Shown: positions 55,427 to 64,000 of the stretch, one piece after another | How positions within the stretch are numbered: the stretch's first letter is position 1 | How the letters are laid out: each line of letters begins with the position of its first letter | Assembly: GCA_964016885.1 (NCBI GenBank) | Contig: OZ024740.1 | Span: forward strand, 55,366,001 to 55,430,000 | Direction: 5' to 3' | DNA from: Eledone cirrhosa | Taxonomy: Eukaryota | Length of the DNA stretch: 64,000 nt | The notes under the pieces: generated by a model | Databases searched by the model: none | What the model was told of the DNA's origin: nothing | The model's input: only the letters and a program-made list of their open reading frames with translations | Made by a program: the position numbers and the translations under genes

Positions 55427-55563
55427 GTCTATGTTTAAATATGTTTTATACGTATATATATATTGGTGTCTGTGTGTGTAAGAGAGAGAGAGAAATAAAT
55501 AAAGAAAGGAAGAAAGAAAGAAAGAAAGTGAGAGAGAGAGAGAAAGAGAGGGAGAGAGAGAGA

Positions 55564-55639
<76 letters not shown>

Positions 55640-56334
55640 ATGAAAGGGTGTATGTACATGTATTTTCTGTTCGCAAATAATTTATAAATTGCATTCCATC
55701 ATCTTTCCTATCTATTCCACTTTTGACTTGGAAGGTTCCAGAAAATTATTAAAAAAAAAAGAAAAAATGTTATAATAACTAATTGGTCATCCATCTTTTT
55801 TTTGTCGATTAATAGCTGTTGAGAAATTCGGAACAAGTATCAGAAGAAACGTGGCAAGAATCGTGACTAATAATTGGTTAAATCTCAAAGTATGCTTGGC
55901 ACTCTCCCTCAGTTTACCAAATTTGGAACTGAGCCTAACTTAACAGGAACATTTTGGCCAATTAGTCATCAGGTAGATTTTAAACCGGAAAAAAGGGGAA
56001 AAAGGGATACACAGAGAGGATAGTCAAACAAACAACTATATAGATGGATATCTTTATATAGAACGGAATGGAGTGAGAAAGAAGGAAATAGAGAAAGAGG
56101 GAGAAAGAGAGTGAGAGAAAGAAAGAGAGAATGGGAGAGAGAGAGGAAGAGAAAGAAAGAGAGAAAGAGTGAGAGAGAGAGAGAAAGAAAGAGAGAAAGA
56201 GATAGAGAGGTAGAGAAAGAAGGGGAGAATGGGAGATAGATGAATAAAACTGGAAGAGGAGGACAGGAGAGATAGAAGGAAGAGAGAGGAACATTAATAA
56301 GGGACAGATATATATATATATATATAATATATAG

Positions 56335-56372
<38 letters not shown>

Positions 56373-56375
56373 GAG

Positions 56376-56411
<36 letters not shown>

Positions 56412-56467
56412 GAGAGAGAGAGAGTGTGTGTGTAAGTGAGATAGATAGATAGAGAGAGAGAGAGAGG

Positions 56468-56508
<41 letters not shown>

Positions 56509-57100
56509 GAGAGAGAGATTAAATGATATATAAAAAAAGAGTATCCATCAAGTATGTGTGTCAGAAATATATAAAGAATTAAATCAAACGAAAGAAATAA
56601 GGATGGAGATACACAGAAGAATAGGAAAAGTTAGTCTTTATGTGTGTACGCATGCATATGTATACATTTTGGTGTAGGAGTGCTTTGCGTGCGCACATGC
56701 TTGAATCTATGTGTTTCAGTGAAAGTCATAGAGAGAGAAAAAATGAGAGAGGCAGTGGGTTTGAGAGAGATATATTAAATAGACAGATTGTTGATAATTT
56801 GATAAACCTATATAAAACACAGTTATTTTATTGATACGGAGAACTACTTTTTTACAAGCCTCAATTATACATTGTATATATATGTATGGGTGTGTGTGCG
56901 TGCGTGTGTGTGTGTGAGTGTGTGTGTGTGCGTGCGTATGTATATGTGTGTGTGTGCGTGTGTACGTGTGTATGTGTGTGTGAGTGTCTGTGTGTACATT
57001 TGTTTATATATATATGTGTGTGTATGTATGTGTGCGTGTGTGTGTGTGCGTTCGTGTGTATATGTGTATACATTTGTTTTTATATATATATATATATATT
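55230..57100. repeat. Low-complexity block of (CT)n, (TA)n, (GT)n, (GA)n and purine-rich tracts
   Basis: Directly visible. Confidence 0.92.
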
Positions 57101-57449
57101 GTATCTGAATTGTACAGACAAGGTGAATGAGAAAAATACAGTGAGAGACAGAGATTTATGGAACTTTGTAGAGCTTGCGGCAATCAGGTACCTTTAATGC
57201 AATACATGGCCGGCATCTTTGAGAAAAAACTCAAAAGATGAGTGAGGTAATTGCTCACATACCTATTGATCTTCGGACGCAGCAAAACGTTTTTAGCTGA
57301 AGATTATCCAAGAAATCGACTAAACATAATGTACAAACAAATTGGAGGGATGAAAATTATAAAAAATACCAAATTCTGTATACTTACATGTAAACAAACA
57401 ATACAAAACTATGATGTTACAAAAACAATTGATATTAATAATAATAACA

Positions 57450-57638
57450 ATTGTTTCTACTTTTGGTACAAGGCCAGCAATAATCCCAGTGCATTACTGG
57501 TACTTTATTTTATCGACCCGGTAAGGATGAAAAGCAAAGTAAACCTCGGCGGGATTTGAACTCAGACCGTAAATGGGCGTAACACTATGCTGCATAGCAT
57601 GGCGTCCGACCCTCTAACGATACTGCCAATGGACGCCC

Positions 57639-57639
<1 letters not shown>
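57450..57639 (-). mobile_element. tRNA-derived SINE whose head abuts the Tx1 3' tail
   Basis: Reverse complement aligns with 12508-12690; (TAA)n on both sides. Confidence 0.9.
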
Positions 57640-57679
<40 letters not shown>

Positions 57680-57940
57680 TTTCTTTATTAACCACAAGGG
57701 TTTACATAAAGTAGACATTAAGGACAGTGCAGGACAATGCAGGACGGTACAAATGGGCATTTCTGCGTGTAAAAAAAACAAAAACAGAGGATGTAACAAA
57801 AATAACAATGAAAATAACAATGAAAAATTCCCCAATAGGGGGGAGACTTCGGAGGGACATTTGTGGAGAAAGCCCAGTAAAAAGCCACAATGACCCTGAC
57901 CACCAAGGCAAGTGCCCTCTCCCAGTTTTCCACCTTTAGT

Positions 57941-60900
57941 TTACAGATATATACTCAGAGTCGGCCCATTCACTCGGGCCATTCTTGCTTCTCTCACCCA
58001 TCTTTCAACAAAATGCTGGGAAGAGAGCACTTCCTTCTCTACTCTGATTTTCCTTTTCAAATGAAATTTGAAAAAGTCAATCAGAGCATCACCGAAGAGG
58101 TAAGTGCTCGTCTTCAGCCCTTTCAAACGTGTCCACCATACTATCTCTTTCGCCATGGCCACCAGACAGATAAAAACTGCCTGCCCTTCCCGGCTAAAGG
58201 AGGAGGGCGGGGCAATCCTCACGATAGACTCAGATGATAGCTGGATCCGTCCTAAACGCGACAGCAGGTGTTCGACATAAACCCACAAGTCAGCAATTTT
58301 CGGACACTGGACGAGTGCGTGCAGGACGGTTTCGTCGCCCTGCGCGCATCTCGGACATGCCCGGCTGACGGCACCTCCATGCCTGTAGAGTTTATCCCGA
58401 ACTGGCAAAGCTCCTCGGTAGCACTGCCAGGCCAGAGATTTCTGGAAGTTGTCCATAGGCCCCGGCCCGAAAGTTCTTCCGAAGAGATTGGCTAGTTGAT
58501 TTTCGTCGACGCCTAGAGTTTCCCCAAGTACGTCGTCGCTCTTCCCCTCCACTAATCCTCTATAGAACGCCGAGGTGGAGTTTCCACCGATCACATTGCC
58601 CGATTGGTCGAGGGCTGTGAGCGCCTGAAGACATTCCAGTCTCCAGGCGCTCCCTCTCGGTCTTCGCTTGACCCAGGACTGCAGCTCCGTCAAGGAAACG
58701 AGTTGGGGAAAAACGCGTCTAGCAAACGGCGACCACACCTGATCACCGTCGAGGAAGAGGTGGAGATGTCGTAGCCTGAGCGCGTGCCTGCGCATCATCA
58801 GCCACGGCATGCCCAGCCCTCCACGTAGCGGGTGTTGACAACAGATGGACCGCCTGACCATCGGAGCACGTCCCTTCCACAAAAAGCGAAAGAGCAAACG
58901 CTCCAGCGCAGTCAGGCGAGGCTTAGGACAAGGTACGACGGTTAGGCGGTAGCAGATGACAGACGCGATGTACGCGTTAGCCACCTCCGCTCGACCTTTC
59001 AGGGATAGCTTCCTCTCCGCCCATTTCTGGGTGAGAGAAGCCACCCTGCTCGTCACCTCGTCCCAGTTTTTGTCCATCTGGAGGTCCGGACCGAACCAGA
59101 CCCCTAGCAATTTAACCGGTCCGTCCGTCCAGCGCCCAACGACGCTGTTGGACGGCATGGACCTGCCTCTCCAGGTGCCGAGCTGCAGGCCCACTGACTT
59201 TTCCTGGTTGATCATTGCTCCTGTCACCGCTTCGTATTCTCTTAGTGTAGTGCCGATCGCCTCGATGTGTTTGGCGTTCGACACCACTACGGTGACATCG
59301 TCCGCATATGCTGACACGGATCTTCCGCATCCTAGTTCGCGCGGGACTCCCCTCAACGTCTCCAGTTTGTGCAGTAATGGCTCGAGAGTCAATACGTACA
59401 AGAGGGACGAGAGGGGACATCCTTGGCGGACCGAGCGCATGATGTTGAACGGTTCCGACAGGTGACCGTTCACTCTCACCACAGAGCAGATGTCGCTGTG
59501 CATGGCAGCGATCCAGCCTCTGAAGACGGGCCCAAAGCCAGCCGCCCTCAGGACTGCCGCTAGGTAACGATGGTCGACCCTATCGAAAGCTTTCGACTGA
59601 TCTAAATTGATCAAGGACCCACCCGTGCCAGGTTCCCTAGCTACCCTCTCTACGATGTATCGCATGAGGTGGAGGTTGTCGTGGATGGATCTGTCGGGAA
59701 TGGCGCATGTCTGCGCCTCTCCCACCAGACCACCAACGACAAGCGCCAACCTCTTTGCTAGCACCTTGGCCAAAATCTTAAACTCTGTGTTTAGCAGAGT
59801 TATGGGCCGGAAATTGTCTATGTTATCCCCCTTGTTCGGATCCTTTCTCAGCAGTGCCACCGCTCCTCGGCTCACAGAACTGGGAATTCTCCCGTTCTGT
59901 TGCCAGTTGCAGTAGACGTCCGCCAAGAGGCCTCCGAACAAGTCTGGCATCTGTACGTAAAGTTCATAGGGCAGACCATCCAAACCAGGCGATTTACCCC
60001 TTGTGCAGCCAGTCATTGCCTCCCGTACTTCAGCGGCTGTTATCGACTTTTCGCAACACTTCGCCTCAGTGGCCGAGAGCCGCAGCAGTCCGTCGAGGTA
60101 GACACTAAAGTCCATCTCTCTACCCGGCCCCCCGCTGCCCCCGAACAGCTGAGCGAAGTGTCGCTGAAAAGCTTCACACATTTGCCCGGGATCGAGTAGC
60201 ATGCGCCCGTCGTGGTCCACCAAAGACCGGATCGTGGCTTTGTTGCCACGACGCGCCTCCGCCACTCGGGCCCATTGAACGGCTTTCGTCCCCTCGTGTC
60301 TGAGAGCACGCACCCTAGCTCTGACAACGCAGCCTTCGTGCTTTGCATTGAAGAATTGGTCAAGGGCCAATTTCGCCGCAAGCACGTCGGTCGCAATGCC
60401 TTTGCTAAGCGCCTCGTCTAATTTTCTAACTAGTTCTCCCTCTGCTCTATTTTTCTCTATTGCTAAAGCCTTACTAAACCTAATCGATTCTATTCTAATC
60501 GCTCTTTTCAGAGCAAACCACCACTTGTTGTTGACGATGGCCCCCGTCAACGCCCGCTTAACTAGTTCGCTAATCCGGTCTCTGTAGGCCTTGCGCGCTG
60601 GTAAGGACGCGTTTAGCTTCCAGTAGCCGGGTCCTCGTCTATGAAGCCTATCTAAGTCAAGCACACAGATCACGAATTTGTGGTCCGTGTAGCTGACTAT
60701 CTTGAATTGTGGACAGCCTATGCTAGACCTATCTATTTCCCTACAAAATACTCTATCTAGATATGATCTGGATGACCCTATGCGGTTTGTCCAAGTCCAC
60801 ATTGGCACATTCGGGAAATCCAATCGGTACCTGTCAGACAGTTCAAAACGCCTGAGCAGGTTGGTGAGGCTCTTGCACCCTCCACCCCTATCCGCTAATC

Positions 60901-61360
60901 CCACACAGTCCCAGCGTGCATCTAAGATCCCGTTCCAGTCGCCCACTAACACTAAAGAGCGGGACGTTCCAAGAAAGGTCTCCAGACGCCGGAAGAAATC
61001 AGGCCGCCCTGCTCCTGTCGGGGCATAGACGGCCACTAGCCTGAAAGCTTGCCCGTCTCTGCTGGTCACGTCCAGCACCACCAGCTTACCCTCTGGGTCC
61101 AGGAAGATGGCCCGTATGGCGAGATCCAAACCTCTCCGAAAAAGCACAGCAACTCCTCCACCGGATCCAGGACGGCTGGGAGATGCGTACACATCGAAGC
61201 CGCCGAAGATCGGTGCGAAGGCCCGTGCTTCGGAGATTCTGGTCTCGCTGATGGCCACTACATCTATGTTTAGTGACCTGAGGTCGTTGAGCAGGTGACC
61301 CTGCTTCCATGACGACCCCAAGCCACGCGCATTTATGCTGCCTATTCTGAGTGAGGTCAT
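57941..61360 (-). CDS. ORF2: AP-like endonuclease + reverse transcriptase + C-terminal zinc finger (1139 aa)
   Basis: SINARGL, ISETR, VYAP, GDWN, SYLDR, TDH (APE); KSPGLDG, FRPITLLN..FKILAK, LDQSKAFDRV, VRQGCPLS, AYADD (RT); CPRC..GDETVLHALVQC. Confidence 0.97.
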   Translation of the reverse strand: MTSLRIGSINARGLGSSWKQGHLLNDLRSLNIDVVAISETRISEARAFAPIFGGFDVYASPSRPGSGGGVAVLFRRGLDLAIRAIFLDPEGKLVVLDVTSRDGQAFRLVAVYAPTGAGRPDFFRRLETFLGTSRSLVLVGDWNGILDARWDCVGLADRGGGCKSLTNLLRRFELSDRYRLDFPNVPMWTWTNRIGSSRSYLDRVFCREIDRSSIGCPQFKIVSYTDHKFVICVLDLDRLHRRGPGYWKLNASLPARKAYRDRISELVKRALTGAIVNNKWWFALKRAIRIESIRFSKALAIEKNRAEGELVRKLDEALSKGIATDVLAAKLALDQFFNAKHEGCVVRARVRALRHEGTKAVQWARVAEARRGNKATIRSLVDHDGRMLLDPGQMCEAFQRHFAQLFGGSGGPGREMDFSVYLDGLLRLSATEAKCCEKSITAAEVREAMTGCTRGKSPGLDGLPYELYVQMPDLFGGLLADVYCNWQQNGRIPSSVSRGAVALLRKDPNKGDNIDNFRPITLLNTEFKILAKVLAKRLALVVGGLVGEAQTCAIPDRSIHDNLHLMRYIVERVAREPGTGGSLINLDQSKAFDRVDHRYLAAVLRAAGFGPVFRGWIAAMHSDICSVVRVNGHLSEPFNIMRSVRQGCPLSSLLYVLTLEPLLHKLETLRGVPRELGCGRSVSAYADDVTVVVSNAKHIEAIGTTLREYEAVTGAMINQEKSVGLQLGTWRGRSMPSNSVVGRWTDGPVKLLGVWFGPDLQMDKNWDEVTSRVASLTQKWAERKLSLKGRAEVANAYIASVICYRLTVVPCPKPRLTALERLLFRFLWKGRAPMVRRSICCQHPLRGGLGMPWLMMRRHALRLRHLHLFLDGDQVWSPFARRVFPQLVSLTELQSWVKRRPRGSAWRLECLQALTALDQSGNVIGGNSTSAFYRGLVEGKSDDVLGETLGVDENQLANLFGRTFGPGPMDNFQKSLAWQCYRGALPVRDKLYRHGGAVSRACPRCAQGDETVLHALVQCPKIADLWVYVEHLLSRLGRIQLSSESIVRIAPPSSFSREGQAVFICLVAMAKEIVWWTRLKGLKTSTYLFGDALIDFFKFHLKRKIRVEKEVLSSQHFVERWVREARMARVNGPTLSIYL

Positions 61361-61395
61361 GTTTAAAATAGAGTGGAAAAGATGGGAAAGACCAC

Positions 61396-63489
61396 TTACC
61401 GTACTTTTGGTAGAGGAGGGATGGTTTTTACATCCCTTTTCACTTGATCGTCTGGTGAAGGGACCGTTGAATCGTCCCTTCGGCTGGTCGTCGGCTCTTC
61501 TAAGAGAATGTCTGAGTATACTCTTCGATTGATGGTTCCTCCTAGGTCCCTGAAATCACCAACTGCGTTGGGGAATTTCGTTTTAATATTTGTGTATTGT
61601 TTCTGTGCTATTTTTAGCAGTCTTATGTTAGTTGGCGTTTTGATTGGTGCTGGTATTATGTAGTCCTGTTGTGAAATGTCTGTGTGTTCAATTATGTAAG
61701 TCATTAGTTTCTTGTTGTGTGTATTTATTGCCGTGCATTTGTTTTTCTGGGGGTGGGGTGTGGTTCTGCTATTTTCTTGTCGTTGTTGCTGGGTGTGTGT
61801 GTTTTGTTGTTGTGTTTGCGATGTTGGTGCTTGTGGTGGTGGTGTTGAAGGTGTTGTTGGCGGTGGGGTTGTCGCCGGTGGTGATGGTGGCGCTAGTGTG
61901 GGTGGTGATGGTGTTGGTGTTGTTGCTGCTGTGGGTCTCTTTGCAGTAGACTTTACCCTTTTCTCATTTCTTTCCTCACTTTTCAAAGGCGACGATGCGC
62001 TGCTTCTGCGTTTGTGCCTTCTTACGACCTTTTGCCATCTCTCTCCCACCTCACACTCCATGTCTGATTCTGTGAGGTCGGGGAGGGGTACCAACTCCAC
62101 TCTTTCACTTGTTGTTGTTGGTGATGTTTGCACTGGAGTCTCTGTTGCAGCTGCATTTGGTATTGCTGTTGTTGTTGTTAATATTTCCACTGCTGCTGCT
62201 GTCTTTGATTTCCGTGGAGTGGGTATGGGTGCCACGGACCTATCGTTCCTGGTTGCCGCTTGTCCTGTTGCTGGTAGCCGTGGAACCGGATTCGGGAGGA
62301 GGGGGGTTTTCTCCTTTCTCATGGTCTTCTCGTTGCAGAAGGCCCTGAGGTGAGTCTTCGATCCACAGCGAAAGCATTTCGGGCGTTTGCCCTCAACACT
62401 TATGGGCAGTTGAGTGCCGTTATCGAAGTCTATCACATCCGGGATAGCTTCGATGCACTCCTGGTTGGTTTGGATTAGCATCTCAATGGAGGAGCCGACC
62501 CAATCTTCTCTTACTTTTTTCTGTACTTGCAGTACAGTTGTTTTGTCCTCGATTCCGACGAGGACAGACGCGGCCAGCCAAGAAGGGGTCATTCCGGGGG
62601 GGACGTGGGTCAGTTTGACCCTCACAATTTTTTGCCCACAGTAGGAGGGCACCAACACCATTTCCTCGCTCCTTAGGGTCACTACTGATTGGGCCTTTGC
62701 CTCCTGGGGTGTGGCAAAAAGTACGTCTACGGTGGCGTATTTTTTGCCTCGGGTGATGTGCGTTTTCCTCTGCCACACAGACCCCAAGGCTTTTTGTATT
62801 TGGGCCTCTGTGGCTCTTTCCACCCTACGGGATTTTGTACTTACTGTACGGTACGTGACCGTACAGTGCTCTTGGGTTTCGAAAAAATTTTTCGCTGCCT
62901 TGCAGATTGCTCGGTGTCCGTTCTTTGTCACCATCTTCTTCGCTTCCTCTAATTCCTCATTTGTTATGAGGATTGTTTCCAGGTTTTTCGCAATACCTGC
63001 AAATGAGATTGGTTTTTCTCTGCTGTTGTTGTTGTCGTCAGAGCTGCTGGTACTTTTGTTGCTGCAGGTACTACGACTACTGCCTCCGCCGCTGTTGCTG
63101 TGGTTGTTGTTGGTGTTGCTGCTGCTAATGCTGTTGTTGTTTATGCTGCTGGTGATGCTGTTGCGGCTGCTACTGTTGTTTTCATTGTCACTGTTGCTGT
63201 TGTTATTACGGCTGCTACTGCTATTATTCCTGACGTCAGACGAATGAACTGGGTTTTCGTATTTCCCGCACACCTGTTTCGTCGCTGTCGTCGTCGTCGT
63301 GGAGAAACCTTGCACGCTTTGCACGAGACTTTTCTTTTCTTTCGTGGCTTGCGAAAGAGAAGGGAGGGAGAGAGACACATTTAAAGAAGGGAGGGAGAGA
63401 GACAATCTTCTCTCTGCTGTAGTGATGATTGAGGAAGAAGAAGACGGAATGAGTGGGAGTGACGTATGAAATTTCTTTTTGGTAGCCAT
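61396..63489 (-). CDS. ORF1: nucleic-acid-binding protein with CCHC zinc knuckle and low-complexity S/N and P/T/Q tracts
   Basis: First ATG at 63489 (MATKKK); SFAGIAK, CFRCGSKTHLRAFC knuckle, WQKVVRR basic motif; directly upstream of ORF2. Confidence 0.88.
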   Translation of the reverse strand: MATKKKFHTSLPLIPSSSSSIITTAERRLSLSLPSLNVSLSLPSLSQATKEKKSLVQSVQGFSTTTTTATKQVCGKYENPVHSSDVRNNSSSSRNNNSNSDNENNSSSRNSITSSINNNSISSSNTNNNHSNSGGGSSRSTCSNKSTSSSDDNNNSREKPISFAGIAKNLETILITNEELEEAKKMVTKNGHRAICKAAKNFFETQEHCTVTYRTVSTKSRRVERATEAQIQKALGSVWQRKTHITRGKKYATVDVLFATPQEAKAQSVVTLRSEEMVLVPSYCGQKIVRVKLTHVPPGMTPSWLAASVLVGIEDKTTVLQVQKKVREDWVGSSIEMLIQTNQECIEAIPDVIDFDNGTQLPISVEGKRPKCFRCGSKTHLRAFCNEKTMRKEKTPLLPNPVPRLPATGQAATRNDRSVAPIPTPRKSKTAAAVEILTTTTAIPNAAATETPVQTSPTTTSERVELVPLPDLTESDMECEVGERWQKVVRRHKRRSSASSPLKSEERNEKRVKSTAKRPTAATTPTPSPPTLAPPSPPATTPPPTTPSTPPPQAPTSQTQQQNTHTQQQRQENSRTTPHPQKNKCTAINTHNKKLMTYIIEHTDISQQDYIIPAPIKTPTNIRLLKIAQKQYTNIKTKFPNAVGDFRDLGGTINRRVYSDILLEEPTTSRRDDSTVPSPDDQVKRDVKTIPPLPKVR

Positions 63490-63702
63490 GTTTTTTTGTT
63501 TAAAATGAAATTTTGGGTACAAAACCCCAATAACTGGTTATTTAACCCCGAAGGGCCAAATAACGGACAGAAAGACCCCTCTCACGAGGAGGAGGGTGTC
63601 TTTATCAACAATTTGGTTCAAGTTTTAAACAATTTACAATTGTTTTAACGGTTAAAAATTACTATACCTTACAGAGCCGAGCCTCCGTCAACCATGGCAT
63701 TC

Positions 63703-63734
<32 letters not shown>

Positions 63735-64000
63735 TTTCTTTATTAACCACAAGGGTTTACATAAAGTAGACATTAAGGACAGTGCAGGACAATGCAGGAC
63801 GGTACAAATGGGCATTTCTGCGTGTAAAAAAACAAAAACAGAGGATGTAACAAAAATAACAATGAAAATAACAATGAAAAATTCCCCAATAGGGGGGAGA
63901 CTTCGGAGGGACATTTGTGGTGAAAGCCCAGTAAAAAGCCACAATGACCCTGACCACCAAGGCAAGTGCCCTCTCCCAGTTTTCCACCTTTAATTTACAG
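63703..64000 (-). mobile_element. 3' end of a second, near-identical Tx1-type copy arranged head-to-tail
   Basis: 63703-64000 repeats ~57648-57946 with about three differences (A-run length, GGAG/GGTG, TAGT/TAAT). Confidence 0.95.

Larger units (their letters stand above)
57640..63702 (-). mobile_element. Apparently full-length, intact L1/Tx1-type non-LTR retrotransposon
   Basis: ~210-bp 5' UTR, ORF1, 35-nt spacer, ORF2, ~260-bp 3' UTR with AATAAA and (TTA)n tail; no stops or frameshifts; clearly more GC-rich than its flanks. Confidence 0.95.

Noticed and set aside
58268-63384. Plus-strand and alternate-frame ORFs overlapping the Tx1 element
   Set aside because: Shadows of GC-rich, stop-poor ORF1/ORF2; no motifs.

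Overview
AT-rich, microsatellite-dense eukaryotic DNA; the repeat content suggests a mollusc, probably an octopus (inference). The only host gene visible is the last two coding exons of an AP-2 (TFAP2) transcription factor (+ strand, 13908-14049 and 18611-18914). Most other recognisable sequence is retroelement-derived: an apparently intact two-ORF L1/Tx1-type LINE (57640-63702, -) with a second copy head-to-tail at the window edge and two older 3' fragments; four R4/Dong-like restriction-endonuclease LINE remnants; about 15 full or partial copies of a ~185-bp tRNA-headed SINE; and several families of Penelope-like elements (RT + GIY-YIG). The least expected signal is about a dozen hammerhead-ribozyme motifs, three with greatly enlarged stem II. 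They sit in small fold-back elements usually flanked by (TA)n tracts, and one inversion breakpoint falls at ribozyme stem I. The SINE 3' end also resembles the Tx1 3' end, and the element classes divide between (TA)n and (TAA)n microsatellites. All alignments and folds were done by eye; boundaries are approximate.
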